From Ancylonema sp. (Eukaryota): 27,080 bases of DNA. Shown here piece after piece: positions 9,995 through 20,684 of the stretch (position 1 is the stretch's first letter; each line of letters begins with the position of its first letter). The stretch spans positions 62,001-89,080 of the forward strand of contig JBFLGF010000030.1 of NCBI GenBank assembly GCA_050230475.1, given 5' to 3'. Made by a program: the position numbers and the translations under genes. The notes beneath the pieces are model-generated. The model did not search any database, was not told the origin of the DNA, and saw only the letters and a program-made list of their open reading frames with translations.

Positions 9995-12900
9995 TCACCT
10001 CTTCCCCTTGGTCGGAGGGAGGTGGAGTCGCTCCGCTAGAGCTTCCGGCGTTCCCCGACTGTGATCGAAGCCCCGCACACAAACGTACCCTGGCAGGAAA
10101 AAGTATCGAATCTGCCTCAGATTGCGCCACGTGGCGCCTCCTCGCAGCCCCGTCCACCCACCCTCACCTTGCCAGAAGAGTGCTCGGATCTCCTCCACCC
10201 CCAAGCCGCGCATGATGGACGGCACGGATGTGCTGAAGAAGACGAAACGTCGCGGAAGGTTCCAGAGGACCCCCCGAGGCACTTCCAGCGGACGCGCACT
10301 GCTGGCGGCGTCCGCAAAAACCTTCAAGGGAAAAACAGGGGGGGGGGTTGAGTTGGGATGGTAGTCGCATGAAGAGGACACGGATGGGGGGGTGGGGGGC
10401 AGGTGGGGTGATCGCACCTCATTGGTTTGGAAATACGTTCCGTTGAGAGGGAAGCTTCTCTGCATGGCGCTCCTGCACCCAACCTGATACCAACCTCCAC
10501 CTCCCCCTCGGTATCCTCCTCATCTCCCTCCTCTTCCCCCCGCCCCCTATTCCTCACCAGCAGTGTTCCCTTCACGGTGCCCTGGCAGCCCTGGCAGCCC
10601 TGGGGAGGGCACCCCTCCACCCCGCAGCCGCATTGGTCCCCCACCCCTCCTCGAATCAGACACCCACTCTCGTCTACTGCAGGGGTCTCTTTTGCCACCT
10701 CCCCTGCACCCCCATCCCCGACCCCCGGTGCGAAAATTGCGGTTGGCGGGTTGGCGACATCCCCCCTGCGATGTCTGTGCCCTTACCCGGGTGCCAGATG
10801 GCCATCAGGTATGGACAGGGGTCGTCAGGAAGTCGGGGCCCAACCTGATCCCAACCCCTCCCAGGAACATGAGACCCTACAAACCAAAAACTATAAATAC
10901 CAAACACCACTACACCACGCCACCGCTTCCTTGGTTCCCCACCCCCCCTTACCCCCTCTGGCCGCGGGAAGTCGTCTGGCAGCTCGTACCTGCCACCCCA
11001 CCGCTCCCTCCCACTCACTTTCCACAGAATGAGGCAGAAGCCCCCCCCCCACCCCCCCCCTGCCACTCACACGTAATGCACGGTGCGCAGACGTTGGCGA
11101 TATTTGAGGTGAGGTGGGGGTGGCCTCATGCCCTCCTGTGCTGCCACGGCACTGCCACGGCACACTAACTTGAGTGGGGTGGGCTCATCGCGCTCACTGT
11201 CGGGATCCTCCACCTGGACCTCTTCCGCCTCGGATGTAGGGAGAGGAAGGTGACAGGAAAGAGGGTCCAATTCAAGCTCCTCAACGTTTACTTGACGACC
11301 CCACCCTTCTCCCCCTCCCTCCCCAGCCCCACCCCCCTCCCCATCCTCGCTCTCCCCTCCCTCCTCCTCCCTCCCAGGGCTCTCTGGCAGATCAATGATG
11401 GCCTTCTGGAAGCGACAGAGGAGATCTCGAGCCCTGAGCACAAGAGAAGGATCTGCCTCTTCTCCCGCCCCCCTACACGTAAGCTGCTCCACGTACGCAG
11501 GGGCTTCCAGGGCCAACCTAGACCTGCAGCCCAACACCCCTCCCCTCAGCTGGTGGGTGGGAGCTTCCCCCCCCCCCCCTCTTCTGTTTTGTCTGGTGAG
11601 TTACTGCGATGTGGAGCTGGCAAAGTGGTGGCATTCCTCCCTCATGGGACACGCTGCGCAGTTGGGACGAAGCTTGGTACAAAACACCTAAACAAAAACA
11701 CACACAAAATGAGCCCACCTTTCCTCAGCTGCATGTTCCATTCTCCCCCCTCTTTCCCCTCCTCCCTCCCCCCCTCCTTCCCCCTACCTTCCCAAAGGTG
11801 ATCATCTGGTAGTGAAGCTCATACCTGCCCCCCCACCCTCCCCCCAACATCAGCCCCCCCCATCTCCACACCCTAGAGAGCAGTGCTGCTCTGTGCTGTT
11901 TCCTCACAGTGTGTCCTGGTCCATGTGGCATATTCTCGGCCACAGGTATTGCTGAATGCTGGCCTGCACGGGGTACTGCTCCAGAAGGTGAAGCTCCATC
12001 TCAGGGGGGAAGGGTTCGAGGGGGACCCAACCGAGGCGCACACAGATGCGGCCGACATTCGTGTCCACCTGCAGAACACCAACCCCAAACCCCAGCCCCG
12101 ACCCCCAACCCCTCAGCTAGGGAGGGGCTTATGGGCTTGGCTGGCTGTCGTTCTGACGTACTCACGGGAAACGCCAGGTGTCGCAAGCACAGCAGTCGGA
12201 TGCACTCCGTGCTCTTCAGCCCAATACCCCGAATGGCCACCAAGTACTCCCTGAAAACGAATACTTGGCGCACAATGAGAACAGCAGCTCCTTCAAACCC
12301 CCACCCCCCCCTCCTCCCCCCACCCCCCCATTGTTTCTCTCACTGTGCCTCCTCCACTGGCAACCATCGGAGCCACTCGAGGTCAAGGCATCCCAGCTCA
12401 CCCTCCACCATACCCAGAAACCCCTTTACAATAATAATACAAGAAATGGAAAGGAAGGACAGAGAGGAGGTTAGAGCCCTGCCGCAAACCCTTAAGCTTC
12501 TTATCCCCCATCCGCCTGTCTGACTGTACCTTGATTCTCCCCGCCAGCACGTACTGCTGCCCTCTGTCTTTGATGGCGGCAGCAATCTCCTCCACCGAGC
12601 TCTGACGCACTGCATCCCAGTCCACCCCGTGCGCAGAGGGAGGGGTGGGTTTAGGGTTGAAGCCCCACTCGGCCGCCTCCCGCGCCTCCATGGCCTTCCG
12701 ACGAATGGCAGCCCAGTCTTTTTTGGGGGGCGCGCTGCCCCCCCTCCCCCCCCCCCTGGCGACCCTCACCCCCCCCTCTGCCACCTCCCCGTGTGCCCTC
12801 CCTATACCGGCGCCCTTCCGAGTGTGACTGTATGGCGAGAGGAATGCCTCCTCTGCTTTGCTCGTTGTCTGAGGGGGGATTTGTGGTCCACTTTCGGCTC

Positions 12901-15463
12901 GCTTGTCGATTCTTTCCCTCATCCCCCGAGCAGCTGCTCGCAGGGAGATGAAAGCGGAACTGAGGGAGACAAGAGAGGAGAAGGTGTGAGACCTCCGGTT
13001 GGCAATGCTGCTTTCTGGTTGGTTGGCTGCTTGGTTGGTTGGTGACCTGGAGAGATGATCCGACACGTTGTGTGTCAAAAACGCCCCCACCACCGAGTCG
13101 ACCACCGACCCCTCCCAGGGCAAAAACCGTCGATTGCCTACACCCCCATCCCCCAACCTACTGCCCCAATAAATGCCCTGATATAGAAATACCCAATGTA
13201 ACCCCCCCCCCTGTTCCCCCCCCACCCCCCACCCCCCACCCTGCACTCCATGCATCCGCATGAGGAAGACGTCCATTTTTAGCTGCAGTTCTTCTTGCTC
13301 CTTGCCCCACTCCCCTTCCTCCTCCCCCTTCCCCCTCTCCCTCCACCCCAGCAGCCCCACAGGCAGTCTCTGTCGGGGGTCACCACAGCCCCCCTCTGGG
13401 AAGAGGACGCGGGGGACCAACCCTTTGATTTTTTTCCTTGAGCATTTCTGGAGGGTGGCGGTGGTGGGGGGGGGCGCCACATCTTTGGCTGCTGCTGGGG
13501 GGTCGACTACTTTCCTGGGATCGAGGGGGAGGGGGGAGGTGGAGGTGGGATGCAGCTGATGGGGTAGGGAGGAGAGGGGGGGAGGGGAGAGGTGGGAGAG
13601 AGCAGGAACGAGGGAAGGGGGAATCTGGGGAGGGAAGAGGTGGAAGGGGAACTGTGAGGCCAAGGGAGGGGGAGGGGGAGGGGGAGGAGGGGGGTTGAAC
13701 ATGAGAGGCAACGACTGGGGTAGGGAGTAGGCGGAAAAAGGTGAGAGATGGGAGACAGCGGGGAGGAAGGAAGGGAGAGTGGGAGGATGGAAGACGTGAA
13801 AAAGGAATGGAGGGGCAAGGGGAGGGGGAGGAGGAGGGGGAGGGGGTGGGGGAGGGGGTGGAGGAGGGTGCCATCCGTTTGCCCCTAGAAGGGTTTGCCA
13901 GGCTGAGAAGGGGGAAGCAGGATTGGGTAAAAATCCCACCCCAGATATTGGCTTGGGGGGCAGTTGAAGGTCTGTGAAGGCAGGGGGAGGTGGTGTGGGG
14001 TGGGGGTGGGGTTGGGGGTGGGAGGGGAAGAAGTGCTCTGTGCTCATTGGGCAATCCACCCCAACCGCTATCTCGCCCTCTGGGATGGGCTCACGATGAG
14101 CCCTTGCAGGCTGATCAGGAGCTACCCCTGGATGCTGCCTTGTGCCCTCTCCTTTCTCTCGGCCGTGGGCTGGCGCCTGTCTCCCCTTGCGTGGTTTTGA
14201 CGACTTCACCTTTGGGAGGTACTTCTTCCGACCCGAAATCCGCACAGGGGCGGGGGGCAGTTGTGCACCCCAACCTCCCCCAACTGCAGCATGGAGGGCC
14301 TCGGGGCAGCCGCTTTGAGGAGCGATTGTTGCGGGGGCAGCAGCAAGATCCACTCCAAAAACCGACACAGCAGCGGGAGTGGGAGGGCTACAGTCCAGCC
14401 CAGCCCCCGCCCCCGCCCCCGCCTCCGCCCCTTCTGCAACTGGACGAGGGTGGGCGACCATCCTCCACCCATCCCCTCCGCCCTCAATCATCTGCGAGCA
14501 ACGTCCATCCGCCAGCAGGTCCAATACAGAGAAATCCTCTTCCTCGCTCCCAAAGCTTATGGTGTGGGCTGCGGGGCCCGCTGCAGGGATGAAGATGGGT
14601 GGCAGGTTGGCATACCCGCCCCCACCCCTTGGTCCCCTCATTTGAGGTGAGCAAGGGGTGGAGGGTGAAGGGTGGCCGGGAAGCCCCCTCGGAATCGCCG
14701 TTGGTCGAGGGGTTTCTGGACCGACATTTGAGAGAGGGAGGTCGACCATAACATAGGGGTCCAGGAAACGCGCAGGAGGCTTTCTACTTCTCACGCTGCT
14801 GCGACAGGGCTCGACGGGGCTGCCCCCCTGATTTTCTGACCCCTTATTTCGGTCAGACACCTCATCCGCGTTGCATTGCCAGACGGTTACAATGGAGGCA
14901 TTGGTCCAGTCTCGTGCCTTTCGGGAGAGGGAGGATCGCACCTTCCGGAGAACCTTCTCCACGTCTTTCTCTTTCGTTGCGCCACTTGTGGACAGGATGG
15001 ATTTCAGAATCTCTGCTGCCACCGCCGTGGTGTTATCTTTGAGAGGTTCGCTTTCGTCCGCTTTCGGGACCCGCGGACGGAGGTGCTTCGTTGGGTTAGG
15101 TGGAGTGGAGTAAGAAGGTTGGCTGTGTTCAGACACGTAATCCGTCACTTCCTCTGCCATCCTCCCGCGAGAAGGCATTGTGTTTATCCTGGAATTCACT
15201 CCTCCTCCCTCTAGCTCCTCCGCCCTGTTCCTTGTACGGATGCTCATCACCTCCTGAGGACAAACTTCTCCCCCCTCACTATCCGCGACATTTTCAACGT
15301 CCCTGGTGCGCCTCTGCTCCGCTGCCCGACGGCGTTTTCGTTTCGCCCGCATAAGAGCGGCCTCCGGCGCGGCAGTGGCCTTCTCTGTCGACCTGGCTAT
15401 CCTTTGCGTTCGTATTTTGATTCTTTTAGACACCCGTTGAACCTTATCCTCTGTCACCTTCAT
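9995..15463 (-). CDS. DML: DEMETER/ROS1-like (DML family) 5-methylcytosine DNA glycosylase/lyase; 15 exons, about 1399 aa
   Basis: Exons (minus) 15463-13240, 13137-13047, 12959-12530, 12423-12344, 12250-12166, 12068-11908, 11824-11788, 11687-11605, 11523-11071, 10989-10953, 10844-10787, 10703-10558, 10483-10418, 10321-10168 and 10089-9995 are all GT-AG and in frame (4200 nt). Domain A: RMHGVQGNRRFLPWEGSVVDSVVGAFLTHNVSDHLSSSAF. HhH-GPD: DWDAVR, LDLEWLR, GIGLKSTECIRLL, FPVDTNVGR, YELHYQMITFGKV. 4Fe-4S motif CTKLRPNCAACPMREEC. C-terminal region: LRTVHYVYELPD, DDPCPYL, FPLNGTYFQTNEVFAD, GYVCVRGFD. The start codon and a possible extra last exon (9919-9880) are uncertain. Confidence 0.95.
13550..13872 (-). 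repeat. Internal tandem duplication of a Pro-rich unit (about 50-55 aa) in DML exon 1
   Basis: Copy 1: P-run-LAPPFLFHVFHPPTLPSFLPAVSHLSPFSAYSLPQSLP. Copy 2: P-run-LASQFPFHLFPPQIPPSLVPALSHLSPPPLSSLPHQLHP. Confidence 0.8.
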
Positions 15464-16405
15464 GTTCCACGCTCTCAGACTCGCCTTTCGTTGACGGTGA
15501 AAGAAAAACAGGTATTGCTTTCACTTTGAGAAAGTTCCGCGCCGTCGAGCTGACGGAAGCTTGAAATTTTGAATTGCAATGAGACAGGGCTGGACCCTGT
15601 GTAGCTGTGCACGAAAGTAGAGTCCGCGCGTCAGTGCAGTGGATATAGCTTTGCGATGCTGCCACGCATCCACGGCCATCACCGGCGCTTCCACGGAACA
15701 AGAGTTGTAAGAGCTGGCATGCCTGCTTTCGTCCCTCGTGGCTTCAAGCTTAGCGGAGCCATCACCGAATACGCTCTCTTGGCCAACCAGCTCTTAGCAT
15801 GGTGAAGGAGGGGGTTGACCCTAGCTAGGAACGAAAATTAATGATAATCAAAGTCAACCGACAAATCTCAACGGTTGACTCTCAGACCTCCCGCATTTCT
15901 CGGCCCGCTACATGGCTGCATTGCGCGGAAGGTATCCATGCGCCCGCCGCTGTTTCCGCGTTTGGCTGCCTGCGCGGCTGGTGCCAAGAAAACCAAAAAT
16001 AGCGTGCACGTTACTTTTCGGTTCACACGTGTCCCTGCGCCAACTTCGTTTCCGAGGAGTTTTTCATCCATCAGGGCACCACCCTCGTCGTTTCTCCAAT
16101 GGCCTCACATTCAACACAAAAACACTGGAGCTCTTCAGACTTCAGCAGCCCCCTCTCGCAACAGAATTCCGGCCAGCATATCCACGTTCTGTTACCTTAT
16201 TCTCTGATACGCTGCTTCGTCAATCTAAATTTTAGGGCATTCAACGTGCCAATGCCGAGCAACAGCATTGCAATATGCATCTTTTCGTTTTGTCGATAGA
16301 TACAGACATGAGTGCTACTGCCTTTTGATGCGGTGTTACGTACGGATCTGGAAAGAAGTTGCTAGTTTGCTGGTAGATCGCCGTTAAGCACTCCTTTCTT
16401 TTCTA
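15464..16405. promoter_or_regulatory. Divergent intergenic region, a putative bidirectional promoter between DML and the transporter
   Basis: The head-to-head ATGs are about 940 bp apart. No specific cis-element was identified with confidence. Confidence 0.5.
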
Positions 16406-17974
16406 ATGTCTTCCTCGCCCGTCACGGTAGACGAAGTCAAGCTTCTTGGTATAAATCTTTCGACAAAGCCGCGCTGGGCCCAGCTCGTTATTTGCGGTGG
16501 AGGTTTCTTTTTTGGCTACCTTATCAACGGACTTGTTGAGGTAGGCGGAGGACTACAAGTAGAACAGGTGCCGCATGAACACATGCTTCGCAACCCTTTT
16601 TCTCGTCTGTGTGGGGCGACCTTTTGATTATCGGCGTTGGCTGATCTGATCGCTCCCATTCGCTCGCCACCGATCCAAAGTGAGCTGAAATATTGTGAGA
16701 TCTGCATGTTATTCGCTAATGCGCTGACGTGGATTGATGGTGCAGGAGTACGTCTACAATCGCATCAGGTTCAGGTATAGTCATTTGCCGCAAGCGTGTG
16801 GAGCTCTGGATCCCCGATAAACTGTTTCGTTCTGACGAAAAGAAACGACCTTTGTTTTTTGGTAATATTTCGAGATTTGAGGATATGGGAAATTTGGCGA
16901 GTGTTTCGATACGCTAGGACTGGCCTAAGACTCTCGTACCGTTGCTATCGTCTGACACCACTGTCCCATGGCGCATGTCTTCAGCTATGGGTGGTATTTC
17001 ACCGCCGTGCACAGCTGCTACTACCTCATCATCATGACCACGCTGGGCGGATATCGACTGACACACATCCAAAACCCCTGGGAAACCTACCTCCGCATGT
17101 CTGTTGTGCTGGCCGGCTCACACGGGCTCACCAAGGGTTCGCTGGCCTACCTCAACTACCCCGCTCAACTCATGTTCAAGTCCACCAAGGTCCTCCCAGT
17201 CATGCTCATGGGGGCCTTCATCCCTGGTCTCCGCCGGGTTTATGGATTAAGGGACTACATCTGCGCGATCATGCTAGTAGCGGGCCTCATTCTCTTCACG
17301 CTCGCGGATGCCCACACCTCCCCCACCTTCAGCGTGATCGGGGTCATCATGGTCTGCGGGGCACTCTTCATGGATGCCCTCCTAGGAAACCTCCATGAGG
17401 CGATTTTCACCCTGAACCCCGCCACCACCCAGACCGAGATGCTCTTCTGCTCGACCGTCATGGGCCTCCCCTTCCTTCTCCTCCCGTGCATCCTCACGGG
17501 GGAGCTGTGGGTGGCGTTCTGGCGCTGCTGGGACCACCCCTACGTGTACGGCGTGCTGGCGTTTGAGGCGTGCGCGACCCTGATCGGGCAGATGTCGGTG
17601 CTGTCGCTGGAGGTGCTCTTTGGGGCAGCGACCACAGCCATGGTGAGCCATGAAAGGAAAAAAATGAAAACGTAAAAAAAAAAAAAAAAAAAATACCAGG
17701 CAGGAATTTCCTGTGCCAGTCTGTGGAATCATGACGACGAATCTGAGCCGTTGCTGATGCTGTTGCTGTTGCCGTTGCTTTTTTCACGGTGCAGATCACC
17801 ACTGCTCGGAAAGCGGTGACCCTGGTGCTCTCCTACCTCATCGTCGCCAAACCCCTCCTCCTCCAACACTCCCTGGGGATGGCGATGATCACAGTGGGGA
17901 TTGTCATGAAAATGCTGCCGGAGAGCAAGGAACCCAAAGTTCAGAAAACGTCGGAATCAAATGATGTCACGTAG
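16406..17974 (+). CDS. UAA-family nucleotide-sugar/PAPS transporter (plant UTR2/UTR4-like, SLC35B3-related); 4 exons, 333 aa
   Basis: Exons 16406-16540, 16746-16774, 16985-17642 and 17795-17974 are GT-AG and in frame (1002 nt). Motifs: [93 protein letters not shown]. The protein has multiple hydrophobic helices. Confidence 0.93.
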
Positions 17975-18974
17975 ACCGCGCTGGATGTACGGACAGCGCC
18001 AGGAGACAGGGCTGGGAAGCCACCCAGAGCTGTCAGAGATTTGTTGCCAGATGGACAGGATGAAAAGTATTGAGTTTTTTATAAGCCTCACATGAGGTCA
18101 TTGTTCCTTGTGACTCCCACCCATGTGCTCGCCTCGTTCATTCCATCCCTCTCTTGTCTACTGCCAAGTGCCTCCCTACTTGCAAAACTTGCATGTGTGG
18201 AAATCTTAATTACGAGCGCGTTGCAGAAGCTTGAAGAGTAGCTTTGACTGAATGTTGCGCTCTCATCATGATGTACAGAGGACTGAAGCACTGGATTATT
18301 GGTCAATATTAGTTTTATGAGCTAAAGCAAGTGGGGTCATCAGTTGGGAGGTTATCAATATCTAAACACGGCACACATATCTTCGGCAAATAATGTTCAA
18401 GTATACGATTTGATTCAATCCATTCGTTGGCCACTAAAAAGGGACTCCGCCGTACTGCTTTTGAATGAGATCCATACTCGAGCCCACTTGACATTTCAAC
18501 TTAAATTTGTTTGTGGGTGAAAGACAATGCGGTCAGTCGGTATGAATGTACATCCGGTGTGTGAACATACATTGCATGTCGAGCTTCCAGAGGTGATTGT
18601 TGAAGGACAATGACTAGTGAGGGCACAAACTTTTGAACATCCCCAACAAGATCATGAATCATCCGTGCAACTCTGAACCAAACAAAACAATTCATGTTTC
18701 TTTAAGCCCGATTTTTTTAAACATCATCCCAATTTCGCTTGACAACTAACTTGATGCATTGCATTTTCTGCGTTGTTGACTAGTTCGATTAAAAGGGAAA
18801 CCGTCAAGGGGACAGTGTGCTTGTACATATATTGTCAATATATTCAGGTTGTCATAAGTCGTCGCCATTGTCGACATTGTGGCACAAAAACCCATTTTTT
18901 TAACAAATAAGGAAAGCAACGAATTGGGAGAAAAAACAAATTTATTCCCCAATTTGTGACGGAGATACATTGTA

Positions 18975-19595
18975 CAGTGCTCCCTCGATATAACGACAAT
19001 TTTTTTCCCCATAAAAGTGTCGTTATATCGAGGTGTCGTTATATACACTGTTTAACGACATCTACTACTAGAATCTGAAATCTATGTCGTTGTATCGAGG
19101 GACTTTGAGAATGAAGCAAAGAGAATAAGCAAGTGTGTTTATTATGTGTTTCCTAGAGTAAGTTGCCTTGTCATGATTATTAAATTCAGCGTGTGTATTG
19201 ATATACGAGCTATACAAGTGCGTCATGATAAATACATGCGGATGGACAAAATATACCATAAAATTTTACGAGGAGAGTTGGGGAGGTATTAAGGTTGTTA
19301 CAAAGCAACACCGGACACGCACATTCTATTGGACCTATATAGAATTCTATATAGAATTTGAGGTGCCGTTCTATATTTATCTCGATTTCCATACATCGTT
19401 ATCTGCGAGCAATAGCGTTATATACACAGTATAACGACATTCAGTAACAAATTCCTGAAATAATTTGTCATTATATAGAGTGTCGTTATGCTTATATCGA
19501 GGGCAATTTCATATTGATTTAAAAAAAGTTTCAGAAAACTGTCGTTATACCGAGGTTGTCGTTATATCGAGGGTCGTTATATCGAGGGAGCACTG
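18975..19595. mobile_element. Tc1/mariner-superfamily (pogo/Tigger-like) MITE, 621 bp
   Basis: Perfect 23-bp TIR, CAGTGCTCCCTCGATATAACGAC / GTCGTTATATCGAGGGAGCACTG. It is preceded by TA on the left; the right flank is GA. Extra GTCGTT(A/G)TA(T/C)CGAGG copies occur near 19019, 19086, 19540 and 19558. The interior is AT-rich and non-coding. Confidence 0.85.
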
Positions 19596-19777
19596 GAACA
19601 TGTTTCAATACACATAAGAGATACATGTCCAAATTCAATCTTTCACTCTTGCGTAAAATCCCACAATTGCCACTCCCAATCCTTTGAAATATCTCCGCAT
19701 ACACGTGGCCAAATCGCAATACCTTTTTCACACATTCCTATACATCATCATATAAAATCCCACTAAAACATGAAGTA

Positions 19778-20684
19778 CCGAATTGGCCATACATAATGAC
19801 CCGGGTTTTAAAAATCAATGCAATTAATTTTTGTGGTGACCCACCAACTTGATCCGGGCAAAATATATTAATTATCCCGTGACCCACAATTATGACCCGG
19901 GTAAAAAGAATACAGCATACCGTGACCTGGAAAGCAAAGTGACCCACCCCAAAACAACGCGTAATTTTTGCCGCACCCGTACAGTACTAATTAAGGTACT
20001 GTAAACCTTGGGGGGGTAACTTTCGGCCGTCATTGTTTTGTTTTCCCCGGATTTGAGTTTTCACTACACCCTTCACTTTGCACCAAGAATATCCCATCCA
20101 CTTTCCTTCATCTCAAATTTATTTGCCGTTCATCCGTTCATTTTCGTTTAGAAGCCTTGTCGGCTCTAGATTTGCGGCCCTACAAATTACAACAGACCGT
20201 TAACCCTGAATACATACCGTCAATCCACAACTGTATTGTTAGAGTTTGTCGCTGATCTTTATGAAAAGAGGTCCAATAGACAAATATATTATGAGAGATC
20301 TCAAAGAGAAAAAGGCGAATGCCTGAATGTAGTAATACGTGTACAAAAAGTAGATGCCGACTATAAGTTGGTGTATGATGCTAGGAAATAAAGATATAAA
20401 GATACAAAGATACAAGAAAATGTACACCTTAACCATTCCCGACATGTCCATTTCCCCCCTACATTCGCGAAAAGGAAACCAATGACGATCGATTAGGCCG
20501 CTACCAAACCACGATTGAATCTTCGGCGACCGGGATCCAACCACAAATGTATTTCGAGCAAAAAAAACGAACGAAATCGATTTTTTCAAAAACCAAAAAA
20601 AAACCCCAAAAAATGATTTATTTAATTCGACTTGACCCGCCCTTTCGATAATCATTTGCGGGTCATTATGAATGGCCACTACTG
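19778..20684. mobile_element. Second TA-flanked non-autonomous DNA transposon (Tc1/mariner-like), 907 bp, probably with nested fragments
   Basis: The left end TA-CCGAATTGGCCATACATAATGACCC matches the reverse complement of the right end, TA-CAGTAGTGGCCATTCATAATGACCC, at 23/27. TA is present on both flanks. TGACCC motifs recur internally at 19797-19945 and about 20632. Confidence 0.7.

Noticed and set aside
9744..15354. Many 60-224 aa overlapping and antisense ORFs across DML
   Set aside because: These are expected in GC-rich, stop-poor sequence. They are low-complexity and explained by DML exons and introns.
12398..15463. The 1021-aa ORF as a standalone protein
   Set aside because: It is DML exons 1-3 read through two in-frame introns and into intron 3.
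18975..19595. GTCGTTATATCGAGG repeats as a CRISPR array
   Set aside because: The repeats are short, irregularly spaced and in both orientations. There are no cas genes, the context is eukaryotic, and they fit MITE TIR cores.
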